DNA of 64,000 nucleotides from Longimicrobiales bacterium (GCA_963664435.2 CAXXKM010000001.1:736001-800000), one strand, 5' to 3'; counted from the stretch's first letter, positions 9,433-18,740 are shown. Notes: generated from the letters alone by a model not told the origin. A program made the numbers and translations.

Positions 9433-11715
9433 CTATCTTGGGGTCAGCGCCAGCGGCCTGGTCCCCTGCTCGGCGAAGATGACCTCAATTCCCATGTCGG
9501 TTGCAATCACCATCAACGCGGGCGCTGAGTCCATCTCCATAACAGCGGCCAGCCAGTCGATCTGGCGAATATCGCGCAGACTGGGCTGACCGGTTGCGCC
9601 CGGAGGATGGGAATGCCATTCACCAACGTAGCGCACCTGTCCCGATGTTCGTCTGCGTATCCGGTCGATGTATTCTCCTACCCCCCGCACGCCTCGCTCG
9701 AAGCTTCCAATATTCTCGATACTATCATCAGGTGCCGCTGCCGCATGCACCAAGCAGATCGACCTCGAGAGAACATCAACTACTCCAAACAGCATGCCCC
9801 CAGTCTCAACCGGGAGTTTCTCTTCGCGCATCGCGAGTATCTGCCGTACAACACCGGCATCCGTCGTGATCTTCCAATCATTCTTCCCAAGGTAGCGAGC
9901 TACTTGATCGGGTGGAGCTGCATCGAGGGTCACCTCGCCGTTCGAAGCAAGCGTCCACACAGCGAGAACCGCTTCTGGTTGGTCTACCGCGTCACCCAGT
10001 TTCATGGCCACCAGCCCTGCCAACACTGACACGTTTGACTGCGGGAAGCGATTGCTGATCGCTCGACAACCACCTGTGTAGGCGAATGTTTCAACCGACC
10101 GGTCCAGATGACTCTTGAGGCTCCCAGTTTCCAACACAAGACGATAATACTGTGCCTCCAAGTCGCGTAATGTGAGGGCCCGGTCGGCGGGCTCCGCCAG
10201 CAACACGGCGGCTTCGCCTGACGGATTGAAGAACGTACTGATTCGGCGAGCTCGCCCATTATGATCCGAGATTCTGCGCGCGGCGCCAATAGACGCTGTC
10301 GCGTCAACAATCAGATCCGCTGCGGACATCGCCGACGAGATCGACCTGCCGGGCTCACCACCTGCAAATAGATCATTCGGGAGCGCGCACGCGATTGCCT
10401 CTCGCCCCGCGACCACAGCGTTGAGGTGGTCAGCAACGACATGTGCCTTGTGGTAGCCAATTCGATCATTGTGCCCGATATGGCGGGCGAGGTTGTGGGG
10501 CAGCATTCGGTCGGGATCGATCACCGTCCAAGAGAATCGGCCTTCTCGGGCCAAGCAGTCCGCAATCGCGGAACCCAACGCTCCCGCGCCGATCAAGACA
10601 GCGTGCCGCGAATCCGGCTCGTCCCGCCCAGCAAGGCGCGCAGCTAGGTCACGCTCAAACTCAAGATGCACCTCCGCACACTCGATGGCCAGCGGCTTCA
10701 AGGCCGAAGCGTCCGCAACCTTGGCACCGATGCGCTTGAAGTATCCGACTGTTCCATCCTGCTGTTGCCTATCGTCTTTCAGTGCAATACCGAGCACGAC
10801 ACCGATTTTCCCGACTGGCTGCTCGCTGACAAAGGCCCGCAAATCTGCACCGTCCTGTAGATCGCCGGGCGATGCACGCACCGGCATTTCAACCATTACG
10901 GCAAGAAGTGAGTTGAGTAGCCACCGCGCGCCCCCATCGGCGAGCAAGTTCGAAAGAAGGCGGTTCAGGTCATCAACAAGGACAATTCCGTTCTCTCCTA
11001 GTGTGGTCGACAGTTCATACAAGTTGACAGGCATATGTCTGAGTCGCCGATTCCCTTGCGCCGGCAATCTGTATGTCATGACACAGACTGGCAATCGTAG
11101 TCTGTCGGTGCCGTCGCAGTCCTGCAACCGCTTGACCCGCAGGATGGGGCTGTGCTCATGCTCCTGTTCGGTTATCAGGACCTCCGTGGTCTCTTCGTCC
11201 CATACGGACCGCTCGGTTACGAAGCTGAACTCACTGAGCGAGAACACCGGGTCGAGGGGTTGGCGAGTGTCGTGTAGCTTGCCGACCGATGCACGCTCGA
11301 ACCACGAAAGGACACGAGTGAGTAATTCAGCCGGCGTCCATCCCAAACTGGCTTCCGCCCACGGACGGTCATCAATACAGATGGCCGCGGGATGTCCCCG
11401 GGGAACAAGCATTTGATGCTCCGTTTCTGGAAAGTCGTCACGTAGCATCACCATCAACGGCATGCTCCCCCTCCGAAAGAGCACGCCAATCCGTTCGACG
11501 CGGCGTATTGGATGGACTGGTTCCTGTGGGGAGCCCGTGCAGATTTCAAGAATCACGAGTTCTCCGCCATCATTCCGGCGAAGCTCGACTACATCTGCTA
11601 CTCCATCGCCGTAGCGTTCCACAAACTTCACCACCGCCCCGGCATGCGGATTGCCGAGGCCATTCCAATCGGTGACCAACTCGGCATAGTTGGCCACCCA
11701 TCTCTCCGTCCTCAA
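9433..11715 (-). CDS. E2-E1(ThiF)-JAB triple fusion (Cap2/Cap3-like; 6A-MBL type)
   Basis: E2: DFP..H..AICID..W. E1: GAGALGS, PHNLARH, DATAS, GGC. JAB: ETGG..YVGEWHSHP..PSLRD. Start is TTG 11715 or GTG 11697. Confidence 0.9.
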   Translation of the reverse strand: MRTERWVANYAELVTDWNGLGNPHAGAVVKFVERYGDGVADVVELRRNDGGELVILEICTGSPQEPVHPIRRVERIGVLFRRGSMPLMVMLRDDFPETEHQMLVPRGHPAAICIDDRPWAEASLGWTPAELLTRVLSWFERASVGKLHDTRQPLDPVFSLSEFSFVTERSVWDEETTEVLITEQEHEHSPILRVKRLQDCDGTDRLRLPVCVMTYRLPAQGNRRLRHMPVNLYELSTTLGENGIVLVDDLNRLLSNLLADGGARWLLNSLLAVMVEMPVRASPGDLQDGADLRAFVSEQPVGKIGVVLGIALKDDRQQQDGTVGYFKRIGAKVADASALKPLAIECAEVHLEFERDLAARLAGRDEPDSRHAVLIGAGALGSAIADCLAREGRFSWTVIDPDRMLPHNLARHIGHNDRIGYHKAHVVADHLNAVVAGREAIACALPNDLFAGGEPGRSISSAMSAADLIVDATASIGAARRISDHNGRARRISTFFNPSGEAAVLLAEPADRALTLRDLEAQYYRLVLETGSLKSHLDRSVETFAYTGGCRAISNRFPQSNVSVLAGLVAMKLGDAVDQPEAVLAVWTLASNGEVTLDAAPPDQVARYLGKNDWKITTDAGVVRQILAMREEKLPVETGGMLFGVVDVLSRSICLVHAAAAPDDSIENIGSFERGVRGVGEYIDRIRRRTSGQVRYVGEWHSHPPGATGQPSLRDIRQIDWLAAVMEMDSAPALMVIATDMGIEVIFAEQGTRPLALTPR

Positions 11716-12845
11716 CAGCCGGCCCGCGGCGTCTCCGAGGCTACGGACGTGGTGACCATCGAAGCCCCAATAATCGCCGCGACACCTTGCGCCGTGATCT
11801 TGAAGCCGAAGGGCCGAGGCCTGGCCTCTGAGGGCTTCTCCATTGTCACGACGAAGTCGCCGTCAAGGGCCTCCGCTACGGATCGGTAGTAGTTGGCCGC
11901 CTGGCGGTGTGGCGGTTGCTTATCCTTATCGTCTTCAGTCCCCTTCTCGGGTATCTTCCAGCTCGTCGACACCATTACCCCTCGCTCGCGACCCTGGGTT
12001 TCGAAGAGCCACTCTACGTCCGGCGTAGCCTTGGTCTGGTCTTCGCCACGCTCGGAGCCCAAGGCCTTGTACGAGCAGTGATGGCAGATCTTCAGCAGAT
12101 CCCAGAGCAGCCGATCCTCATTGCCGTGGCTTTTTGTCAGTGAGACAATCGCTGAGATGGTATCGTGGTTGACATCCGACCCGAGTAACAGATAGGAGTC
12201 ACGCCCTCCCTCACGGAAGGTAACCTGCATGACAATTGACTCTTCGTTCCGGTCGATGACCGTGTTCTCGTCAGATCGCCACGCGAATGGACAATGAGCA
12301 AAGAACTCCGCCTGGGCCGACTCCTCCTTCTTATAACCAGGAACCAAGGAGCCGGCGGTGACGATCAAGTGCTTGTGTTTCTCGTAGTCCAACTCGTTAT
12401 CCTCCATCCACTTCTTCATCCGCTTTGGCCGGGAAAAGACTCGCACACCTTTCCCTTTCTTGAAGCGGTGCCGTGCCTCGGCCCGAATGAGCCTCGCATC
12501 GCCCTTGAGATTCTCTTCCAACACGGCTGCTGCAGGGACCCACAGTTCATCAATCTTGATCCGATCGTCACTCTGGTACTTCTTTGCGTGTTCAAGCCAG
12601 AAGAACTCGCCGAATCCCTTGCAATGATCGCTGTCGATGTGGGTGATGCACACTGCGTCGTAGTGGGTGCGGCCGGCCCTACGGAGGTCGAGCTTTAGTT
12701 CCTTCGGAAGATCGCACCGAAGATCTCCGTTGTCCTGTGAATTGCGTGTGTTAGCGTAGTCCACGAGTATTTTGCGGCCATCTGCCAGGTCGATACGCTG
12801 CGTATCGGCGTTTCCGAGCGGAAAGAAGTGGATTGCTGCTGTCAT
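11712..12845 (-). CDS. Metallo-beta-lactamase-fold (ComEC/Rec2-like) hydrolase/nuclease
   Basis: FFPLGNAD, THIDSDH, GSD, HHCS motifs; ATG 12845 (377 aa); C-terminus ETPRAGC. Confidence 0.85.
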   Translation of the reverse strand: MTAAIHFFPLGNADTQRIDLADGRKILVDYANTRNSQDNGDLRCDLPKELKLDLRRAGRTHYDAVCITHIDSDHCKGFGEFFWLEHAKKYQSDDRIKIDELWVPAAAVLEENLKGDARLIRAEARHRFKKGKGVRVFSRPKRMKKWMEDNELDYEKHKHLIVTAGSLVPGYKKEESAQAEFFAHCPFAWRSDENTVIDRNEESIVMQVTFREGGRDSYLLLGSDVNHDTISAIVSLTKSHGNEDRLLWDLLKICHHCSYKALGSERGEDQTKATPDVEWLFETQGRERGVMVSTSWKIPEKGTEDDKDKQPPHRQAANYYRSVAEALDGDFVVTMEKPSEARPRPFGFKITAQGVAAIIGASMVTTSVASETPRAGC

Positions 12846-13027
12846 TTCGTGCTCCTCGGGGTTCCCGATGAAAAGTGAGATTGATTGTGTTGACGATATG
12901 TCTCGCCGAGCATCGGTTCCTTTCGGTTGCTCAGCAAACAGCGATCTGTAACGGGACAATTGTCCGAGTCTTGTCGGATGTAGAACATGTCACCGCTACC
13001 GACGACTGGGGCATTCACGATGCTCAA
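12842..13027 (-). pseudogene. Degenerate N-terminal remnant of a different MBL-fold gene (61 aa)
   Basis: (M)SIVNAPVVGSGDMFYIRQDSDNC resembles the VGxGD start of ComEC-like MBLs. TTG overlaps the upstream stop and TGA overlaps the downstream ATG. Confidence 0.5.
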
Positions 13028-13746
13028 GTGCGGGTCTCCAAGTCGAGTGCGGCCTCCAGGAGGTATCGAGCGTAGCGGTCGGCGGTGATGCGCACGGTCG
13101 CCGAACGAACCCCGATCAGCCAACCGACAGCAACACAGGTGTTAAGAAGAGTAGTGACGAAGGGTACCGGTAGAATGACACCGTCGGTGTGCCATCCGCG
13201 AAGGAGGGACCATCCCGAAGCCACCAGCGCGAGGATGGTGATGGCAAGACCAACTGGTTTCAGGCCGAGCAGATTTCGCCGAAATCCGTACTCGATGTTG
13301 CCCTTGTAGACGAGATGGAAACGTTCAGAGTCCCGGGTCCGCCGACGGATATCATCAACAGCTGATCCGTAGAGTTCGAGTGCCCGCTCTCGGTCCGCCT
13401 TTTCCTCTTCGGACGTAGGGACCCGAAGCCCCAACGCCCGCAATTGGGCATGGATCCGCGCGCGAGTGGCAGGGTTGAATTGCTCGTTGTCGTGTCGCAG
13501 GAATCGCGTTGTGGGCGGACCGCCCCAGGATTCCCACAAAGCCGGCTCCAGCCGCTTTCCGAAGTCCGAGGCGACTTGGCTCATGAAATACGAGAGCGGC
13601 AGGAAGACGATGGCGGACGCCCCGGCGAGTGGCAGGTTCAGCCCTTCAGGGAGAGTCGCGGCGACCGCTAGCACGACCGGTGCGGCCGTAAGGTACACTG
13701 GTAAAACCCGTGCTCCCCAAGTGTAGCTATCGAGCGTGAAGTCCAC
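13024..13746 (-). CDS. Uncharacterised ~4-TM membrane protein
   Basis: 240 aa; two N-terminal and two C-terminal hydrophobic helices around a soluble loop (WGGPPTTRFLR..NIEYGFRRN). Confidence 0.8.
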   Translation of the reverse strand: MDFTLDSYTWGARVLPVYLTAAPVVLAVAATLPEGLNLPLAGASAIVFLPLSYFMSQVASDFGKRLEPALWESWGGPPTTRFLRHDNEQFNPATRARIHAQLRALGLRVPTSEEEKADRERALELYGSAVDDIRRRTRDSERFHLVYKGNIEYGFRRNLLGLKPVGLAITILALVASGWSLLRGWHTDGVILPVPFVTTLLNTCVAVGWLIGVRSATVRITADRYARYLLEAALDLETRT

Positions 13747-13748
13747 GT

Positions 13749-13967
13749 TTAATCGAGCCCCAGCCTGAGTCTTGCCCGTTCCGCTGCTGCTCTTTCTTGC
13801 ACCGCCCTGCCAACTACCGTTCGGTCCGATAGCCGGATCGGCGGCTTCGGCTGAGAGTATTCGGGTGGGCGCGGGGGCTGCCCCGGTGGATTCGCAGGTG
13901 GGTGCGGGGGCCTTGGAGGATGCTCGGGCGGCCTCGGGGACCTTGGAGTGTAGTCGGCCGATGACAT
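13749..13967 (-). CDS. Small proline-rich protein, first gene of the operon
   Basis: 72 aa with repeated PRPP motifs; RBS gaggag; stop lies 2 nt before the next start. Confidence 0.55.
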   Translation of the reverse strand: MSSADYTPRSPRPPEHPPRPPHPPANPPGQPPRPPEYSQPKPPIRLSDRTVVGRAVQERAAAERARLRLGLD

Positions 13968-14015
13968 GGCGAATCGCTCCTCGCTTTCGAGGGTCGGAGA
14001 ATTAGGGGGGCCAGT

Positions 14016-14068
14016 AGTTTACCCCATTGCTGAGGAGTGTCAAGGACCCCCACAACATCTTGGGGGTC
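14016..14068 (-). promoter_or_regulatory. sigma70-like promoter with an adjacent palindrome
   Basis: TTGACA (14043-14038)-N16-TAAACT (14021-14016); inverted repeat gaccccca-caacatct-tgggggtc at 14045-14068. Confidence 0.6.
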
Positions 14069-14544
14069 TACCTGCTGCTATCCCCTACGGATGGTTGTTT
14101 GGGACCCGCTGGAGATCTACGGTTTTCCGGCGCTGGTGTACCGTCGCCAGCCCCTCCACGTGGGCTGAGAAGATCGAGAGCGCCGTCACGCTGTTCCTCC
14201 CTCGACGACCCTTGAACGCGCTCTGGCCCCACCCCGGCGGTCAGACGCTGTTTGCTCCGCACCCGCCCGCCGATCCGGCGGCGGACCCAGGCATACAGCC
14301 TGCCACGTGTGTCACTGCTTCCCGATCCCCCGCCGTTTCTGGCTCTCCCGATAGGGCAGGCGCGCTCTCCCCCCAGTTGCCCGCACCCTTCACGCGTGCG
14401 GCACCGACAATGGGTCTTACGCTGGTCACCCATGATTAGGCCGGCCGAGGATTTCGTGAATCGTGTCCAGGATGACGCTGAGCGCCGCCATCTGTCCCCC
14501 TTTAAGTCGCTTTCGGCTGATTGCCCTCGGCCGAAAGGATGGCT

Positions 14545-15057
14545 TCAGGAGCGGCAGGTACATTGGTCACGAGGCCCGCCGCGCGACCGCCGCCCCTGGT
14601 CGCCCTTGGAGCGGCGGACGGTGACGCGGGCGGACCCGTCAAGACGGAACTCCACATCGGCCCATCTGAGCGTAGCGGCTTCGGAGCGCCGCGGCATGGC
14701 GTCCCGCATGGCCGATACGAGCGCGATGTCCGCCTGGCCGCGGCGGCGCGCGGCGCGCGCGCTCTCGGTCCTGCCGCGGGGATCCGTGCGCGGCAGCTGA
14801 GCCGTCGCACGGATCGCGGCCAAGCCTTCTTCCGTCAGGGTGGCGGCCTGCCTCGGGATGCGACCTTCCCACGCCGCCTCGCGGGTGAGTCCGCGGAGCA
14901 CCCGGCGCACTCCCTCGTTGTCGGCGGGGTTGGGCTGTCCGGCTTCGGTGGGATGGTAGCGGATCGCCGCCCGGTCCATGCGGAGCGATGCGAGCGACAG
15001 GCCGTAGTCCGCCCGCCAGGCCAGGTACGCCGCCACCGTTTCCGGGGCCACGGGCAT
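14545..15057 (-). pseudogene. Cre-like tyrosine recombinase fragment
   Basis: PVAPETVAAYLA..AAIRY.H..NPA..VRRVLRG, RRSE, VRRSKGDQ; C-terminal HxxR and Tyr absent. Confidence 0.75.
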
Positions 15058-15171
15058 GGTGCTTAAGCCTCCCGGTCGGCCCACGCTTGGAAACGGCTCC
15101 ACGCGGCGTCGCAGTTGCGGCGCAGGCTGGCGTTGTGGGAGGCCCGGGCTGCGTCGACGACCCGGCGCCAA

Positions 15172-15248
15172 GTTCCACCATTCGGGCCGGTTGATGGTGC
15201 GAAGATCCAGCGCGTGAACGAATCCGTCCTGGCGGAAGTGCAGTGACG
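15172..15248 (+). repeat. 77-bp direct repeat, copy 1 (copy 2 at 23834-23913)
   Basis: Differs from 23834-23913 by three substitutions and a 3-nt deletion. Confidence 0.9.
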
Positions 15249-15482
15249 GCGAGAGGCTGTCCGGTACCAGACGGTTTTCGGCGTTGGCTTCTGCGATCGT
15301 CGAAAGCGGCCGGGAGGTCGGCAGCCCCTCGGCGTTCCGCAACGAGAACGTCGAGCAGCTCGCGGGCCGACCCCTCGGCCAACTGGGGCCGGCGGTTCTC
15401 GGTCTGCACCGTGTGACTCATGTGCGCGGTCTGCCTCTGATAGCCGATTCTGCAGACACCGTCGGCGGAATCGCCCTGCTGA

Positions 15483-15945
15483 TCACTGCGCCAATGTCGA
15501 GCGCGCCAGCCCGGCCGCCCGCAGCGCCGCCGTCAGACCGTGTGCCTCCCGCGCTCCCGAGACGAGCGCCACCCTCGCCTTCGCGCTCAGCCGCTCCCGC
15601 CCAAGATATCTTGGAAGCGCGACCTCGACCTCCTTCTTGCCCAGCAGCTGCTCCAGATTCCGGATGCGACGCTCGTACTCGTTGACCGTCGTCTCATCCG
15701 CAAAGATCTCCGGAGCCCGCTCTACGAAACGCCGCTTCCAGGGCCCGACCGAATTCGGGTGCACCCCGTACGCCTTCGCCACCTGGCCGGGCGTTTTGTC
15801 GCCCGCCAGCACCTCCAGCACCACCTGCGCCTTCAGCTTTGGTGTGTACCTCCGCCTCGCCATGTCCACCTCCTTCGCGTCTGCCAGGTCCTACCCTGAA
15901 CAGCGTCGTTCCCGGAGGTCAACTCCACAATGCTGGGGTGTTTAA
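15483..15945 (-). mobile_element. IS3-family 5' remnant (OrfA plus start of OrfB)
   Basis: RRRYTPKLKAQVVLEVL..VAKAYGVHPN..WKRRF..LEQLLGKKEVE; breaks off after AGLARST. Confidence 0.75.
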
Positions 15946-16103
15946 GATTCGGGGGTCATATCCGTCGTCGTACGGGACGGACGCAATAGTATTGAGCAAG
16001 GACCCTGTTTAGAGGCCGCAGCTAGGATTGCCTCGCGTGTGATCATCACGTTTCACAGGATCCGGTTCCAGAGATCAATCTTGGATTCGGGGGTCGTACC
16101 AAA

Positions 16104-17219
16104 TCATCCACCCCGGATGAGCGGTGTCGGCTGGAAGATGTCTCCGCAATAGGCCGCGAGCGTGGCGTCTGCGACCTGATGTCCGTGAGCGAACAAGAGA
16201 TCGTACTCGCGTATCGTGCACCTCCGCAGAGTGGTGCCGAAGCGGGCTGCCTGTTGGACCTCCGAGTCGCGGAGAGAATCGTCACGGATGTGTTCCACCA
16301 TGGCGGGGCGGTTGGCATCGCGGTAGATACGCGCCTCGGTGTTGCCGAATCTCAGATACGCCCCGGCACCTGGATTCCGCTGGAGATGCGAGACGACCGC
16401 ACGGGCGCGGAGACCTCGAACCTGATCCGTCGCGATGTTGAGTAGGCGCCTCGGTGCGCGAAGCCTGCGTGTCTCGGACCCGAGCCAAGCAGATGCATCC
16501 GAGACGATCAGGAAGTCGAATCCATCCCTGAAATGGCCAGCCGGTTTGAACAGCGCTTCCACACCGAGATTGTCGTAGACACCACCGTCCCAGAGCCTGA
16601 GGGTGGGGAATTCAGGTGCGTGGGGTCGCGGCGTCTGCTGTCCGTCAAAGGCAAACCACTCGAACCGACTGGTATGGAGTTTCAGGGAACCCACCAGTCC
16701 GGGAACTGCGGACGAGGCGGCGACCGCCTGGGCGAGCGGTAGCTGTGGCGACCCGACGTAGCCAGCGACGTAGTCGCCCATGCGCTGCTTCATGAAACGC
16801 CAGTTCTTGCCGGTCTCGTAACATGTGGCATTGATGATCCACCTGGGATTGTTCGGCAAGTCGGACAACAGGCCGCCCAAAGACCAGCGGTCCTGAAGAG
16901 CTCCGGCCAACGCACCCGCGCGACCATGGCGAAGCACCCATGGACAGAAAAACATGTGTTGCAGACAGGCGCGGTCGAGCCCATGGGCGGTGAGTAGCCG
17001 ACGAGCCCTCGGGATGGTGTTTCGCAGAATGGCGTCGCTACCGGGCCAGGTCTTGTCGGAGCAGGCCCAGACCAGAGCTACCGCGAGGCTACCGCCCGAT
17101 ACGGTCGAGAGAAACGTGATGTTCTCGATCAGCGATTGCCGGGCGAGTCGCGCGAGCGCACCGAGATGGAAGATGGTTGCTCGGACGCCGCCGCCCGACA
17201 GTGCGAGGCCTATCCTCAT
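16104..17219 (-). CDS. Patatin-like phospholipase
   Basis: GLALSGGGVRA, TVSGGS, WDGGVYDN; ATGA overlap with the upstream MBL gene; ends IRGG. Confidence 0.9.
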   Translation of the reverse strand: MRIGLALSGGGVRATIFHLGALARLARQSLIENITFLSTVSGGSLAVALVWACSDKTWPGSDAILRNTIPRARRLLTAHGLDRACLQHMFFCPWVLRHGRAGALAGALQDRWSLGGLLSDLPNNPRWIINATCYETGKNWRFMKQRMGDYVAGYVGSPQLPLAQAVAASSAVPGLVGSLKLHTSRFEWFAFDGQQTPRPHAPEFPTLRLWDGGVYDNLGVEALFKPAGHFRDGFDFLIVSDASAWLGSETRRLRAPRRLLNIATDQVRGLRARAVVSHLQRNPGAGAYLRFGNTEARIYRDANRPAMVEHIRDDSLRDSEVQQAARFGTTLRRCTIREYDLLFAHGHQVADATLAAYCGDIFQPTPLIRGG

Positions 17220-18067
17220 CCGTCGTACTGCTCGATGCTGAAACCGCTAGAGGAAACGATGACCTGCACGCGTCCACCGCGTTTGGTGGTGTAGTACTTG
17301 ACAGTATTTCCCGAGGGAGACCGAACGCCGAGGGGATCGCTCCGAAAGGCTGGGTGTGTCTCGGAAGCCCCCCAAACGTCACTGATGAACGTGGCATGCG
17401 GCTGAACGGCGTCCATCATGCCCTTGCAGTAGCCGCTCCTGCGACCGTGATGCGGCGCAACAAGGAACCGGCATTCCGCATCTTCGATCAGGGCGAGGAA
17501 GCTCGATTCGTAGCGCCGCCAAAGCTCTTGCCACCCTGGGGGCTCGATGTCTCCCGGACAAACGAACAGCACGCCTCGGTAGAGCAACATGACAACAACG
17601 GACGTGTTGTTGCCTTCGATACTGGGGCCGTTCACGCGGGTTCCGTGGTCGAGTGAACCGACCGCGTATCGGACACCGCCATTGCGTTCGGGGTTGGTCG
17701 GGCTGCGGTGGCGGGGTACCGGGGAGGTGTACCGGCTGTGAAGATCGGCGAAGTCTTTCTGGTACTGGAAGGTGCGCTGTCCGAACATGTCAGTGGCCGG
17801 CAGCGACTTGTTGCGGTGCAACACTCGAGGGTCGCCGAAGGTTGCCCTGAACTGAGGCAGATCTTCGACGTGATCCTTGTCGGGATGGCTGATGACAAGG
17901 TAGTCGATCTCGGACACCCGGTACGCGCGCCCGACGTGTTCGCTCGGCGAAAACTCTGGCGTGCGGCCGAGATCGATCCAATGGTTGGATCCGTTGGGCG
18001 TCTTGATCCAGATGGACACCCCGTGTCCCACATCCCAAACGGTGAACATCAGTTGGTGGTCGGTCAT
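17216..18067 (-). CDS. Metallo-beta-lactamase-fold (ComEC/Rec2-like) hydrolase
   Basis: WDVGHG, SHPDKDH, NNTS, PGDIE, APHHGRRSG. Confidence 0.88.
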   Translation of the reverse strand: MTDHQLMFTVWDVGHGVSIWIKTPNGSNHWIDLGRTPEFSPSEHVGRAYRVSEIDYLVISHPDKDHVEDLPQFRATFGDPRVLHRNKSLPATDMFGQRTFQYQKDFADLHSRYTSPVPRHRSPTNPERNGGVRYAVGSLDHGTRVNGPSIEGNNTSVVVMLLYRGVLFVCPGDIEPPGWQELWRRYESSFLALIEDAECRFLVAPHHGRRSGYCKGMMDAVQPHATFISDVWGASETHPAFRSDPLGVRSPSGNTVKYYTTKRGGRVQVIVSSSGFSIEQYDG

Positions 18068-18192
18068 GTTTGAGCAGTCGTGTAGCGTGAAGGCAAGGAT
18101 CAGGTACGGACCGACAAGAAGATATGGCCGGCACGTTAGGGTTCAACCCGAGCGGCCCTTGAGCCCCGAACGCGGCACCGGTTGCCAGCGGG

Positions 18193-18500
18193 TGTACCGG
18201 TCCGGGTTTTCTGGACAAGTGGACGGCTTAAGACATCAGGCCGCCCTTCGGCCGAGCTTCTCGCGGGCGCGGGCCGGGGTCATGTACCCGTGGCGCTGGA
18301 GGAGCCAGCTGTTGTTGTAGCGCTCGATGAAAGCCCCGATCACTGCTCTGGCCTCCTCGAAGGTATCGAAGTGGTGCAGGTAGATGCACTCCTCCTTGAG
18401 CGTGCGGATGAAGCGCTCCGCGACGCCCGTTGCACTTCGGTTCGCCCATGTAGGCGGGCGTGGAGCGGATGCCGAGCCACTTGATCTCAGCTGCGATGTC
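18193..18500 (-). mobile_element. IS3-family 3' remnant (frameshifted OrfB C-terminus plus right end)
   Basis: PAYMGEPKCNG / VAERFIRTLKEE..YNN..HGYMTP with a +1 shift; right end ..tgtccagaaaacccggaccggtaCA. Confidence 0.75.
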
Positions 18501-18557
18501 GGCTCAGTTGCCCGCCGTCCCTCGGAGCCGACCCAGAGCGGCCAGAACCATCCGCAC

Positions 18558-18740
18558 CTAAAGCGGCACGGCGTCTTCCGACATCATGTCGCCGCGAAAT
18601 GCGCCGACGTGCACGTGAGGATGGAATGACGAGCCGTTGTTCCCGATGCGGGCGACCGGGTCGCCTGCCCGCACGGTGTCACCCTGGGATACCGTCACCT
18701 CGCGGACATGGACGTAAGCGACATGGACATCCGTCGGTTC
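18558..18740 (-). pseudogene. M23 peptidase fragment
   Basis: YVHV..V.QGD.V.AGD..ARIGNNGSSFHPHVH; N-terminus absent, ends next to the IS remnant. Confidence 0.65.

Noticed and set aside
15058..15342. N-terminal part of the 265-aa ORF as part of the recombinase
   Set aside because: Mosaic sequence containing the duplicated fragment of another gene; not recombinase-like.
15947..16095. 12-bp direct repeat gattcgggggtc
   Set aside because: Only two short copies with no element between them; no function supportable.
9433..18067. Calling the Cap2/Cap3-like fusion plus patatin a CBASS system
   Set aside because: No CD-NTase ORF is recognisable in the window, and the patatins are in separate transcription units.
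15483..18500. Active composite transposon around MBL-patatin
   Set aside because: Both flanks are partial, apparently different IS3 remnants, with no outer ends or target duplication.
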